A stretch of 64,000 nt of DNA from an uncultured Myxococcales bacterium. GTDB taxonomy: Bacteria; Myxococcota_A; Polyangia; Fen-1088. The DNA lies in contig CAZYFU010000003.1 of the NCBI GenBank assembly GCA_964647025.1, forward strand, positions 32,580 to 96,579. The letters are read 5' to 3'. Shown piece by piece: positions 1 to 12,751 of the stretch; position 1 is the first letter of the stretch, and the number at the start of each line of letters is the position of its first letter. Under the pieces are notes generated by a model that was not told where the DNA came from, searched no databases, and worked only from the letters and a program-made list of their open reading frames with translations. The translations under genes were made by a program, and so were the position numbers.

Positions 1-225
1 GAACGGCTTCTTGTCGTAGGCCACCATGAACTTGGAGGCGGCCGCTTCGAACTGCTCCTGGGTGTAGAGCGCCTGGGCTTCCTCGAAGGCAGCCTTGGCC
101 TCCTGAAGGGCTGGGTCGGCGGCCGCTGAGCTCGCAGGAGAGTCGTCTGCAACGGCGGCGACGGGGGTTAGAAGAAGGGCCACTAACAAAAGGGGAGTCG
201 GCACCACGCCTACTATGCGCATCAT
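1..225 (-). CDS. Secreted protein, N-terminal fragment (gene continues past window start)
   Basis: Minus-strand ATG-ATG at 225..220 followed by signal-peptide-like MMRIVGVVPTPLLLVALLLTPVAAVADD and an Ala/Glu/Gln-rich helical region. The frame is open to position 1. Confidence 0.4.
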   Translation of the reverse strand, partial: MMRIVGVVPTPLLLVALLLTPVAAVADDSPASSAAADPALQEAKAAFEEAQALYTQEQFEAAASKFMVAYDKKPF

Positions 226-366
226 GATGGATGAGATTGCGCCAACCTCCGTCGAGGATCAAGACTCGACTTGCCCAGTCCGAATCCTGCAAAGTCGCGA
301 AGCGGCGACACAAAAAAGGGCCCTGGCGCGATGCCAGAGCCCCGTTTTCGATTCGTCAGATCGTGA

Positions 367-3311
<2,945 letters not shown>

Positions 3312-3418
3312 CATCCGGCCGACAAGCCGCCGGGCTGGCAAGGAGCGCCGAGAACCGGACCGGAATGTACTTCTGTCCTTGAGGACCACCGGGGCCCCCG
3401 CAAGCCGCGGGCCCCTTT

Positions 3419-5887
3419 CTACAGCTCGTTGCCGATGGTGAACTCGAAGACGATGCTGTCTTCCCCCGGCAGCGTCTTATACGGCAAGCCCCACTCGAAG
3501 CGCAACGGCCCGATGGGCGAGAACCAGCGGAAGCCGAAGCCGTAGCTGCTGCGCAAGCTGGTGAGCGGGAAGAGCTTCACGCAAGGATTGACGGACGCGT
3601 GAGCCCACGCGGGCTTCAGCCGGCAGTACTGGTCTTCCAGGTTGTAGGCATTGCCCACGTCGGTGAAGATGACGCCGCGGATCCCCATCTTGTCGAAGAT
3701 GGGGATCTCGATCTCGGCCTTGCCGAGGACGCGCATGTTGCCGCCGACCGAGAAGGTCTTGAGGGCACCGTCCGGGTCGAGCGATCCCTGCGAACCGGGA
3801 ACCCAGATCTTTGGACCCAGCGAGTAGAGCGCGAAGCCACGGATGTCGTAGATACCGCCCGTGAAGTAGCGCTCGAAGATGGGAACACCCTGCGGATTCC
3901 GGCTCGTGATGAGACCGCCCTCCGCCTTGAGGCGCAAGGTGAGCGGGCCCCACAACGGATAGTAGTAGCGGATGGCGCCCTCGTAGCGGGTAAACTGGCT
4001 CTGCGAACCGAACGCCGGCTCCGCGAACTCTGCGGACATGGTGTTGTACCAGCCGCTGTGCGGGAACATGCGGTCGTCCCGGGTGTCGTGCGCGAAGGAC
4101 ACGCGCCACGACGAGATGATGCCCGAGTGAAGCAGGTTGGCAAGCGACCCCGACGGCAGGGGGCTGCGAAAGCCGCCCGTGAACAGGTTGCTTCGACCAC
4201 CGGTGGCGATGCCCACGTCCTGCAGGGTGTAGGTCAGGAACATGCGGATGTGGTCGCTCAGCATGTAGCCCCAGGTCAGGCTGCCACCGGTCGCCTTACG
4301 CGTAAACCCGAGGTAGTAACGCTGCTGGTTGAACAGGTTGAAGCCGAAGGTCCAGTTGGTGTCGAGGAAGTACATGTCCTCGAACTGCAACATGTAGAGC
4401 TGGCGCAGGCCCGAGACCTGGGCCTGCAAGGTGGCCGACTGCCCGCGCCCGAGCAGGTTGTTCTGCGAGATCTGGGCCTGGAAGATGAACTGCTCCACCG
4501 AGGAGAAGCCCGCGCCGATCTGGAACGCACCGGTCTGCCGCTCGCCCACCTCGACGTTCACGTCCATGGTGTCGTCGGCCGAGCCGCGCTTGGTGGTCAG
4601 CTCGACCTTGTCGAAGTAGCCGAGCGAGCTGATGCGCCGCTTGGAGCGGTCGAGGAGCGACTGGCTGAACTGCTCCCCTTCGTAGACGCGCATCTCGCGC
4701 CGGATCACCTTGTCGCGGGTCTTGGTGTTGCCGCGGATGTTGATCCTCTCGAAGTTGACGAGCGGCCCCTTCTGGATGTCGAAGGTCAAGTCGACGATGC
4801 GAGTCTTGTCGTCGACGCGGGTCTCGGGCGTGGAGTTGACATAGGCGTAGCCCTTGTCCTTGTACAGCTCCGCGATGTTCTGCACGTCCTGCGCGACCTG
4901 CGTCCGGTTGAACACGTCGCCGGGCTTGGCCTGCAGCTTGCCGAGATACGTCTCGCGCGATTCGATCAGCTCGCCCTTCACGTCGAGCTGACCGATCCGA
5001 TACTGCTGCCCTTCCTCGATGGACAGCGTGATGTACATCGAGCGGCGATCGGGCGAGAGCTCCATCCTCGGGTCGCCGACCTTCACGTTCACGTAGCCGC
5101 GATCGAAGTAGTAGCTCTGGATGAGCATGATGTCGCGCTGGAACACGTCCTCGCGGTACGTGCCCGACGAGGTCAGCGCCGAGAACAGATCGCCCGGCTG
5201 GGTCATGATCACGCCGCGCAGCTCGGCGTCGCTGACGTTGCGGTTGCCCGTGAAGTTCACGCGCCGGATCTCGACCTTGCTGTTCTCGTGGACGCGGAAA
5301 TACACGTCGACCTGGCCGGGGCTGTCGCGGTGGAGCTCGTAGTCGACCTCGGCCATGTAGAAGCCGCGCTGCAGGTACAGCTCGCGGATCTTCTCCACGT
5401 TCTTCTTGATCTTCGAGAGATCCAGGACCTGTTCCTTCTTCAGGTCCAAAACCTCGTTGATCTTGGTGAGCCCGACCTCTTCGTGACCCGACACGTAAAT
5501 CTTGCGGATCGCGGGCTTCTCCCTGAGCACGAAGGTGACCACGAGACCGCCCTCGGCCTCGGCGGTCTCCACTTGAACGTCCTCGAAGTAGCCCAGGCGC
5601 CAAAGGGTGCGGACGTCGTCCTGAAGGAGCTCCTTGCTGAGCACCATGCCGGGCTTGGTCTTCAGGTTGACCTTGAGGGCGTCGTCCTCGACCTTCCGGT
5701 TGCCTCGGAAGTGCACGCGAACCACGTCGAGCTTCGGCATGGCCACCGTCGAGGACTCCGTCTCGCCCGTCGGCAAGGCCGGGGCACGCAACCGCCGGAC
5801 CGGGCTTTCGCCCTGTCCCGACGCCAGGGAAGCCATCAAGCCGATGCTCAAGGCGACGCTGGATGCGAACAGGAACCGGCGCTTCAC
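3419..5887 (-). CDS. bamA: Outer membrane protein assembly factor BamA (Omp85)
   Basis: Signal peptide, five POTRA-like repeats (e.g. [27 protein letters not shown]), and a C-terminal beta-barrel ending in an aromatic-rich segment. GTG start preceded by GGAGG. Confidence 0.9.
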   Translation of the reverse strand: MKRRFLFASSVALSIGLMASLASGQGESPVRRLRAPALPTGETESSTVAMPKLDVVRVHFRGNRKVEDDALKVNLKTKPGMVLSKELLQDDVRTLWRLGYFEDVQVETAEAEGGLVVTFVLREKPAIRKIYVSGHEEVGLTKINEVLDLKKEQVLDLSKIKKNVEKIRELYLQRGFYMAEVDYELHRDSPGQVDVYFRVHENSKVEIRRVNFTGNRNVSDAELRGVIMTQPGDLFSALTSSGTYREDVFQRDIMLIQSYYFDRGYVNVKVGDPRMELSPDRRSMYITLSIEEGQQYRIGQLDVKGELIESRETYLGKLQAKPGDVFNRTQVAQDVQNIAELYKDKGYAYVNSTPETRVDDKTRIVDLTFDIQKGPLVNFERINIRGNTKTRDKVIRREMRVYEGEQFSQSLLDRSKRRISSLGYFDKVELTTKRGSADDTMDVNVEVGERQTGAFQIGAGFSSVEQFIFQAQISQNNLLGRGQSATLQAQVSGLRQLYMLQFEDMYFLDTNWTFGFNLFNQQRYYLGFTRKATGGSLTWGYMLSDHIRMFLTYTLQDVGIATGGRSNLFTGGFRSPLPSGSLANLLHSGIISSWRVSFAHDTRDDRMFPHSGWYNTMSAEFAEPAFGSQSQFTRYEGAIRYYYPLWGPLTLRLKAEGGLITSRNPQGVPIFERYFTGGIYDIRGFALYSLGPKIWVPGSQGSLDPDGALKTFSVGGNMRVLGKAEIEIPIFDKMGIRGVIFTDVGNAYNLEDQYCRLKPAWAHASVNPCVKLFPLTSLRSSYGFGFRWFSPIGPLRFEWGLPYKTLPGEDSIVFEFTIGNEL

Positions 5888-6666
5888 GTTTCCTCCACGA
5901 TCTGGCCGTCAACCATGCGCAGCTTGCGATAGGCCCGGCCGGCCAGCTCGTTGTTGTGGGTCACGAGGAGCAAGGTCATGCCGAGCTCTCGGTTCAGCTC
6001 GAAGAAGAGGTCGTGCATGGCCTGCCCGGTCTTGGTGTCGAGGTTCCCGGTGGGCTCGTCGCCCAAGAGCAGCCTGGGCGAAAGCATCAAGGCGCGCGCC
6101 AGGGCGACCCGCTGCTGCTCGCCACCCGACAGCTCGCCCGGCCGGTGGGTGAGCCGTTCCTCGAGCCCGACCCGAAGCAGGATGGACTCGGCGCGTTCGG
6201 CGCTCTCCTTGCGAGTCATCCGTGCGATCATTCCTGGCATCATCACGTTCTCGAGCGCGGTGAATTCGGGCAGCAAGTGGTGGAACTGGAACACGAAGCC
6301 GATGGACGAGTTCCGAAAATCGGCCAGCTTGCCCGGCGACAGCGTCGTCACGTCGGTCCCGTCGAAGACGATGGATCCGCTGCTGGGCTCGTCCAAGGTG
6401 CCGAGCAGGTGGAGCAAGGTCGATTTGCCGACGCCCGACGCGCCGACGATGGACACCAAGGCCCCTGGCGCGAGATCGAGGTTGATCCCGCGCAGCACCT
6501 CGATGCGGCGGCCGCCGTGGTCGAACACCTTCCACAGGTCGCGCACCACCAGATGCGCGCCGCCCGTGCGGGGGGCGCTTTTCGACGGATTTGGGGCCTG
6601 GGCCGAGGCCATTGCGTCTGGCACCGTACCGATGGGCTTCCCCGCTGTCAACGCACAGGATTGCAT
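5884..6666 (-). CDS. lolD: Lipoprotein-releasing system ATP-binding protein LolD
   Basis: Walker [13 protein letters not shown] signature [14 protein letters not shown], Walker B LLLGDEPT. Start is uncertain: the ORF track begins at a TTG at 6675, in-frame ATGs lie at 6666 and 6612, and I chose the first ATG. Its stop overlaps the bamA start (GTGA). Confidence 0.85.
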   Translation of the reverse strand: MQSCALTAGKPIGTVPDAMASAQAPNPSKSAPRTGGAHLVVRDLWKVFDHGGRRIEVLRGINLDLAPGALVSIVGASGVGKSTLLHLLGTLDEPSSGSIVFDGTDVTTLSPGKLADFRNSSIGFVFQFHHLLPEFTALENVMMPGMIARMTRKESAERAESILLRVGLEERLTHRPGELSGGEQQRVALARALMLSPRLLLGDEPTGNLDTKTGQAMHDLFFELNRELGMTLLLVTHNNELAGRAYRKLRMVDGQIVEET

Positions 6667-6714
6667 TCCTACCAAGAAAAAGGGTCCCTGGAATCCGCGC
6701 CTTCGCCCGCGCGG

Positions 6715-8196
6715 CTACTCGTATCGCAGGCCATCCACGGGTCGCATGCGCGCCGCCAGCCGAGCCGGATAGACCGTCGCCAGGAAGCACATGCCCAGGG
6801 CCGAAGCTGCCACGGTGATGATTTCGCCCGCCCGCATCACGATGGGAAGCTGGTTGATGTAGTAGACGTCGCTCGGCAGCGGCAAGCCGTAGCGCTTGAT
6901 GAGCAGACACCCGACCACACCGGTAAACACCCCCGACAGCAGCCCGATGAGCCCGATGTAGAGCCCCTCGGCGATGAACACGCGCTGCACGGCACCGTCG
7001 GTGGCGCCCATGGCTTTCAGAATCGCCACCTCACGCGCCTTCTCGGTCGCCATCATGATCAAGGTCGACACGATGGAGAACGACGCCACCAGCGCGATGA
7101 AGGTCAGCACCACGAACATGGCGATCTTCTCCAGGCGGAGCGCCATGAAGAGGCCGCGGTTCAGCTCCTGCCAGGATCGCACCTCGTAGCGGGGCCCCAG
7201 CGCAGACTGGATGGCCGCGGCGATCGTCGGGGCGTGGTCGGGATCGTTGGTGCGGATGTCGATGCCGGTCACCTCGCCAGGCATGCGCAGGAAGGCCTGC
7301 GCCTCGGAGAGCGAGATGTAGGCCAACTTGGAGTCGAACTCGTACATGCCGCTGTAGAAGTGGCCAGCCACCCGGAAGCTCTTGAGCCCTGGCATCGGCC
7401 CATTCGGCCCCATCTTGCACAGCGGACACACCACGTCGATGAGGCTGCCCTGGAATACCCGAAGCGTGCGTGCGTAGAGCTCCTCGCCCAAGATGATCGA
7501 AGGCGAATCCTTCGCGCTGTCGTCGGCCAAGGGATCGAGCGGGATGCGCTCGGGATGGTCCAAGTCGTCGATAGTGCAATCGCGTACGGTTCGCACCAAG
7601 TCCAAGGCCGAGGCCGCCGTCGCAGGGTCGATCCCACGCAAGACGATGCCCGCGGGAGACACCCCCGAGCGGACCATGACCTCGGCCTCGAGATAGGCCG
7701 TCGCCCCCGAAACGCCGGGGACGCGCAAGATGGTGTCCCGCGCGCGCTGCCAATCGAGGAAAGGCCGGTCATCCGAGATGGAAACCACCACGTCGGCCTT
7801 GGCGCCGCGAATCTTCCCCTTGAGATCCGCCTCGAAACCCGACATCACCGACAGCGCCAGGATTGGCGCCGCCGTGCCGAGGAACACGCCGAAGATCGAG
7901 ATGGCCGTAAACAGCGTGAACCCCGCGAAGAGGCGGCCCAGGAACATCACGATGGCCGCCACGATCAGGTCGATCACGCCGACCACCTGCATCCATTCGT
8001 AGACCGGGTTCGGCCGCGCGGACGCGAAGCCGTACGGATCCCGCAGCGGCGCGCCGCGGAACTTCAGAAACAGCAGATCCGCGATCCCGAGGAGGGCCAT
8101 CACCAAGCCCACCTTGAACGCGAGCCGGCGCCGCGACCTTCGCTCGGGATCGCGAAGGTGGCGCCAGGCCACGAACCACTCGAAACCGCCGGTCAC
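6715..8196 (-). CDS. lolC: Lipoprotein-releasing system permease (LolC/LolE family, FtsX fold)
   Basis: N-terminus FVAWRHLR is like LolC's FIGLRYMR. MacB/FtsX-type periplasmic domain and C-terminal four-TM FtsX domain. About 70 aa inserted near the N-terminus. Confidence 0.82.
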   Translation of the reverse strand: MTGGFEWFVAWRHLRDPERRSRRRLAFKVGLVMALLGIADLLFLKFRGAPLRDPYGFASARPNPVYEWMQVVGVIDLIVAAIVMFLGRLFAGFTLFTAISIFGVFLGTAAPILALSVMSGFEADLKGKIRGAKADVVVSISDDRPFLDWQRARDTILRVPGVSGATAYLEAEVMVRSGVSPAGIVLRGIDPATAASALDLVRTVRDCTIDDLDHPERIPLDPLADDSAKDSPSIILGEELYARTLRVFQGSLIDVVCPLCKMGPNGPMPGLKSFRVAGHFYSGMYEFDSKLAYISLSEAQAFLRMPGEVTGIDIRTNDPDHAPTIAAAIQSALGPRYEVRSWQELNRGLFMALRLEKIAMFVVLTFIALVASFSIVSTLIMMATEKAREVAILKAMGATDGAVQRVFIAEGLYIGLIGLLSGVFTGVVGCLLIKRYGLPLPSDVYYINQLPIVMRAGEIITVAASALGMCFLATVYPARLAARMRPVDGLRYE

Positions 8197-8236
8197 CGCT
8201 GGCCCTGCCCTGCCCCGACGGCGCCAGGCCCTGGGG

Positions 8237-9778
8237 TCATTCCTTCCTCATGAGCGGGAACAGAATGACGTCGCGAATCGACTGCTGGTCGGTGAGCAAC
8301 ATGACCAGGCGATCGACGCCGATCCCCTCGCCTGCCGTGGGCGGCAACCCGTACTCCAAGGCGCGGCAGTAGTCCTCGTCGTAGTCCATGGTCTCCTCGG
8401 CGCCCTTGGCTTTGGCTTCGACCTGGCGCTGGAAGCGCGCGCGCTGGTCCGCCGGGTCGTTCAGCTCGGAGAACGCGTTCGCGTGCTCGCGCCCCACGAT
8501 GAACAGCTCGAAGCGGTCGACTTGGCCGGGGTTCGCGTCGTTGCGACGGGAAAGCGGCGAGGTCTCGGCCGGGTATTCCACGATGAACACGGGCTTCTCG
8601 GGCGGCAGGGCCAGCTCGCCTCCGTAGTCGAACAGTGCCCCGACGCGAGGCCCGTGGGTCTCGCACTTGCGCAACACGGCGGCCAGCTCGTCCTTGCGGT
8701 CGAGCACGCCGGACTCCGAGACCCACTTCAGCAATGCCGCCTCGTCGTCGAGCATGGGCCGCTCGAGTCTGGCCGGCAGAAGCCCCTTGCCCACGGCCCT
8801 GACGATGGCGTCCTTCATGGGGATGCGCTCGAACGCGCCCAGGTCGACCTTGGTGCCGCCGTAGCTGATGACGGTTCCGCCGCACACCTCGCGGGCCAGC
8901 TCGGCGAAGAGCTGCTCGGTGAGCGACATCAGGTCCTGGTAGGTGGCGTAGGCCTGGTAGAACTCGAGCATGGTGAACTCGGGGTTGTGCTGGCGGGACA
9001 GCCCCTCGTTGCGGAAGTTGCGACCGATCTCGTAGACACGGTCGAAACCGCCCACCACGAGCCGCTTGAGGTGCAGCTCGGGCGCGATGCGCATGGTGAG
9101 GTCCATGTCTAGCGCGTTGTGGTGCGTGCGAAATGGCCGAGCAGCCGCGCCGCCAAGGATGGTGTGCATGGCCGGGGTCTCCACCTCGACGAAGTCGCGG
9201 GCGTCGAGGAAGCGGCGCAGCCCCTTGATGATGGCCGTGCGCTTGAGGAACACATCGCGCACCTCCGGGTTCGCCACCAGGTCGACGTAGCGCTGCCGGT
9301 AGCGAATCTCCATGTCCTGCAGGCCGTGCCACTTCTCGGGCAAGGGCCGCGTGGACTTGGTCAGCACGTGCAGCTCGTCCACCAGGATGGTCTGCTCGCC
9401 GGTCTTGGTCAGCACGGGCGTGCCGATGGCACCCACGAAGTCACCGCGCTCCATCAAGCGCCACAGCCCGAAGTTCTTCTCGCCGATGGCGTCCTGCTTG
9501 ACCCAGATTTGGATCTCGCCGGCGCGGTCGCGCAGCTTCGCGAAGGCCGCCTTACCGAAGCTGCGCAAGGCGACGATTCGCCCAGCCACCGAGAACTGCT
9601 CCGACACGGCCCCACCTTCGCCATGGGGCGCGGATGCCTTGCCGGCCGCGAACCACGCGCGCACGTCCCCGGTGGTGTGCTTGGGCGAGAAACCGTTGGC
9701 GTACGGGTTCTGGCCTGCCTGCCGTAGCTCGGCCACTTTGCGCTCGCGTTCGGCTATGAGTTCTCGTTCATCGGACAT
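8237..9778 (-). CDS. lysS: Lysine--tRNA ligase (class II)
   Basis: Length and class II motifs (FRNEG, GGIGIDRL-like [12 protein letters not shown]). Sits downstream of prfB, as in the conserved prfB-lysS operon. Confidence 0.95.
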   Translation of the reverse strand: MSDERELIAERERKVAELRQAGQNPYANGFSPKHTTGDVRAWFAAGKASAPHGEGGAVSEQFSVAGRIVALRSFGKAAFAKLRDRAGEIQIWVKQDAIGEKNFGLWRLMERGDFVGAIGTPVLTKTGEQTILVDELHVLTKSTRPLPEKWHGLQDMEIRYRQRYVDLVANPEVRDVFLKRTAIIKGLRRFLDARDFVEVETPAMHTILGGAAARPFRTHHNALDMDLTMRIAPELHLKRLVVGGFDRVYEIGRNFRNEGLSRQHNPEFTMLEFYQAYATYQDLMSLTEQLFAELAREVCGGTVISYGGTKVDLGAFERIPMKDAIVRAVGKGLLPARLERPMLDDEAALLKWVSESGVLDRKDELAAVLRKCETHGPRVGALFDYGGELALPPEKPVFIVEYPAETSPLSRRNDANPGQVDRFELFIVGREHANAFSELNDPADQRARFQRQVEAKAKGAEETMDYDEDYCRALEYGLPPTAGEGIGVDRLVMLLTDQQSIRDVILFPLMRKE

Positions 9779-9868
9779 CGGTTATTCGTCTCTCCACGTT
9801 TGGTCCACAGGGATGGTTTCCATAAACCATCGGAACTATATGACTTTTCGCCTTCTATCCACAGCCGA

Positions 9869-11024
9869 CTAGACTTCGTCCTCGGGAGTTTCCCCGACGT
9901 TCGACTGTGGTGTAGCTGACGGATCACCCGCCAAAATCAGCAGCATCGCCACCATGAACTGGTCGATGTCGCCGTCCAAGACCGCGTCCACGTTGCCGAC
10001 CTTGATCCCGGTGCGGTGGTCCGAGACCAGGCGGTACGGCGCCAGGACGTAGGAGCGAATCTGGCTGCCCCATTCGATGGCCTTCTTCTGCGCGTGCAGG
10101 CCACCCATCTTCTCGGCCTGCTTCTTCTCCTCGATCTCGAGCAGCTTGGACCGCAGGATGCGCATGGCGATGGCCCGGTTCTTGTGCTGCGAGCGCTCTT
10201 GCTGGCTGTGCACGGCGATCCCGGTCGGGATGTGTGTAATCCGCACCGCCGACTCGGTCTTGTTGACGTGCTGGCCGCCGGCGCCGCCCGACCGCATGAC
10301 ATCGATGCGCAGGTCCTTCTCGTCGATGTCGAGCTGGATGGTCTCGTCGATGTCGGGGTAGATGAACACACTGGCGAACGACGTGTGCCGGCGCGCCTGC
10401 GAGTCGAACGGCGAGATACGCACCAGCCGGTGCACGCCGTTCTCCGCGCGCAGATAGCCGTACGCCCACTCGCCGGCGATACCCAGGGTGACGCTCTTGA
10501 TGCCGGCCTCGTCGCCCGGCTGAAGGTCGAGGATCTCGCATTTGAATCCGCGCCGCACGCACCAACGCATGTACATGCGCTGAAGCATCTCGGCCCAGTC
10601 CTGCGACTCGGTGCCGCCCGCGCCCGCGTTGATGGAGAGTAACGCGCCATTCTGGTCATAGGGACCGGACAGCATGCGCGCGAACTCCATCTTGGCGACG
10701 GCGTCCTCGGCCTTGGCGAGGGTGGCTTCGGCTTCCAAGGCCGTGGGCTCGTCCTTGGCCTCGTCGGCCAGATCGCAGAGCACACGTGCATCCTCGACGG
10801 CTTTGAGTTGTGCCTCGAAAGCGTCCACCGTGGACTTGAGCTTCGCCTGCTCACGCAGGGTCGCTTGCGCCTTATCGTTTGCGAGCCAGAACTCGGGTTG
10901 GCTGGCCTCGACCTCGAGCTCGCCTATGCGGGATTGCTTGCCGGCGATGTCAAAGATGCCCCCGGAGGATCTCCAGACGGGCAAAAAGCTTGCTGGCGCG
11001 CTCGCGAAGCGGTCCGATTTCCAT
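9869..11024 (-). CDS. prfB: Peptide chain release factor 2, expressed through a programmed +1 ribosomal frameshift
   Basis: Frame 0 is ATG 11024..11022, encoding MEIGPLRERASKLFARLEILRGHL and then an in-frame TGA. Minus-strand sequence CGGGGGCATCTTTGAC: a +1 shift at CTT (10955..10953) continues DIAGKQSRIGELE ... GGQHVNKTESAVRITHIPTG. The ORF-track start at 11173 is a +1-frame artefact. Confidence 0.9.
10949..10966 (-). promoter_or_regulatory. RF2 autoregulatory +1 frameshift site (SD-like GGGGG, 3-nt spacer, CUU UGA C)
   Basis: The minus strand reads GGGGGCATCTTTGAC. This is the conserved Shine-Dalgarno-like element plus slippery CUU and UGA-C context of prfB. Confidence 0.85.
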
Positions 11025-11139
11025 GCCGCCGAAGCTAGCCACCTCCGGGCCGACTCGCAAGAAGATCCTGCCCCGTTCTCGTCCCTGGGCGTCGAAAGCT
11101 GCTGCCTCGGCCGTCTCAGTGAAGTTCGCCTTGCTTGAG

Positions 11140-11476
11140 GCGAAAGACCGTGGCGTTCACCCATGCGCCCCACAGCTTCCGTGGTCGGCGGCTGGCAAAG
11201 CGTTCAGCTATGCGACCCGCACGCTTCGGCGGTGCGGGTCCTGTCGCCGCGGGAGCCCTTCCCACGCCACGGCTTTGGGCGACTCCGTGTTTCCCTGCAC
11301 ACGTCGCACATCCGAGCGGTGCGCGCAGCGCGCGCACATGCGCCCAAAGTCGTGGCGCGGCGAGGGCGAGGGCGAAGCCCGAGGGGGCAGGTGTGGGAGG
11401 GCGCAGGTCCCGAGTGCCGAAGGCGCCCCGTTCCCGCAACGCCACCCGCCCCGCCTACGCCTGCTGGACATTGGAG
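11140..11476. repeat. Left arm of a long imperfect inverted repeat flanking mrr
   Basis: The reverse complement of 12459..12745 aligns to this interval at roughly 85-95% identity over the 11200..11476 core (e.g. gcgggtcctgtcgccgcgggagcccttcccacgcc vs gcgggtcctgtcgtcgcgggagcccttcccacgcc). The left arm carries a ~60-bp insertion near 11350..11420. Outer boundaries are approximate. Confidence 0.7.
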
Positions 11477-11518
11477 TAACGATGAGCTCCTGTATGATAT
11501 CCGACGTCAGGAGACTCG

Positions 11519-12436
11519 ATGCCCGTCCCCACATACGACAAGTTCATTGAGCCCATTCTTCGCTACCTTGGGGAACACCCCGACGGAGCCGTTGCACGCG
11601 ATGTTCACGAAGCTGCAGCAGTCTCGCTAGGGCTGACTGAAAGGGACCGTCAGGAGTTGCTGCCGAGCGGAACACAACCCGTCTACAAGAATCGAGCGGG
11701 ATGGGCACACGACCGCCTCAAGCGTGCCGGCTTGTCTGTGAGTACTCGGCGTGGCTATTGGAGACTTACCCCGGAAGGCACTCAGTATCTGGAGACGCAT
11801 CCTCACCCTCTCGCCGTCCGAGAGCTCGAAGGACTCGCGTATGGACACAACGACGTTCGACTTCGAGACACGGCCCCCACTGTCGAGGCCCCCGTGGTTC
11901 TAGTTGCAGGGGTGACCAGAGCGAGCCCAGACGACCGCCTGGAGGAAGCGCTGCACGAGCTCAAACAGACGGTGGCTGCGGAGGTCCTTGACGCTCTTCG
12001 CCAGGTTTCGCCAACTTTCTTCGAGACCATTGTCCTCGATCTGCTTCACCGCATGGGATACGGAGCAACCCGAGCTGACCTTCAGCGCGTTGGCGGCGCC
12101 GGTGACGGCGGAATAGACGGGATCATCTCACTGGACAAGCTGGGCCTCGAAAAGGTCTACGTTCAGGCGAAACGATGGCAACAGTCAGTGGGCCGGCCGG
12201 AGGTACAGGCATTCTACGGAGCCCTCGCGGGTCAGCGAGCGGCGAAGGGTGTGTTCATTACGACGTCGTCATTCACAGCTCAGGCGTTGGAGTTCGCCCA
12301 CTCGGTTGAACGCGTTGTGCTTGTGGATGGCGTGCGTCTCGCGGACTTGATGATCGAGCATGAAGTGGGCGTGACACTGCGCCCCTTACGGGTTCCCAAG
12401 CTGGACAGCGACTACTTCGAAGAAGAGTCTGTGTAG
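11519..12436 (+). CDS. mrr: Mrr-family Type IV (modification-dependent) restriction endonuclease
   Basis: N-terminal Mrr_N winged-helix region (YDKFIEPILRYLGEHPDGAVARDVHEAAA ... QPVYKNRAGWAHDRLKRAGL). C-terminal Mrr_cat PD-(D/E)xK core (GGAGDGGIDGIISLDKLGLEKVYVQAKRW). AGGAGA RBS 5 nt before the ATG. Confidence 0.85.
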   Translation: MPVPTYDKFIEPILRYLGEHPDGAVARDVHEAAAVSLGLTERDRQELLPSGTQPVYKNRAGWAHDRLKRAGLSVSTRRGYWRLTPEGTQYLETHPHPLAVRELEGLAYGHNDVRLRDTAPTVEAPVVLVAGVTRASPDDRLEEALHELKQTVAAEVLDALRQVSPTFFETIVLDLLHRMGYGATRADLQRVGGAGDGGIDGIISLDKLGLEKVYVQAKRWQQSVGRPEVQAFYGALAGQRAAKGVFITTSSFTAQALEFAHSVERVVLVDGVRLADLMIEHEVGVTLRPLRVPKLDSDYFEEESV

Positions 12437-12458
12437 TCCCTCCAGGAAGAGCGCCTGG

Positions 12459-12745
12459 ACTCGATGTCCAGCCGGCGTAGGAGCGGCGGGTGGCGTTGCG
12501 GGAACGGGGGCCCGCGCCTTGGCTTCGGGCGCGTGTGCGCGCGCTGCGCGCACTACTCGGATGACAGGATTGTGCAGGGAAACACGAAGCCGCCCGAAGG
12601 CGAGGCGTGGGAAGGGCTCCCGCGACGACAGGACCCGCCGCGACGAAGCCGGCGGGTCGCCGAGTTGAACGCGACGAGCCCGTCGCCAAACCAATCGCCG
12701 CCGACAAAGAGACGGCCGGGTCGCCGAGTTGAACGACAGCTGGCC
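12459..12745. repeat. Right arm of the inverted repeat flanking mrr
   Basis: Reverse complement matches 11140..11476. Contains an internal tandem duplication of the motif GGTCGCCGAGTTGAACG (12654..12670 and 12719..12735). Confidence 0.7.
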
Positions 12746-12751
12746 GACGGC

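Noticed and set aside
3599-5932. 777-aa ORF on the plus strand
   Set aside because: Entirely antisense to bamA, which has strong homology. The product is Arg/Ala/Val-rich low-complexity sequence, as expected from a random frame in 70% GC DNA.
9869-11173. 434-aa uninterrupted prfB ORF as given in the track
   Set aside because: The first 50 codons or so are a +1-frame read of the leader. The real gene starts at 11024 and uses the programmed frameshift.
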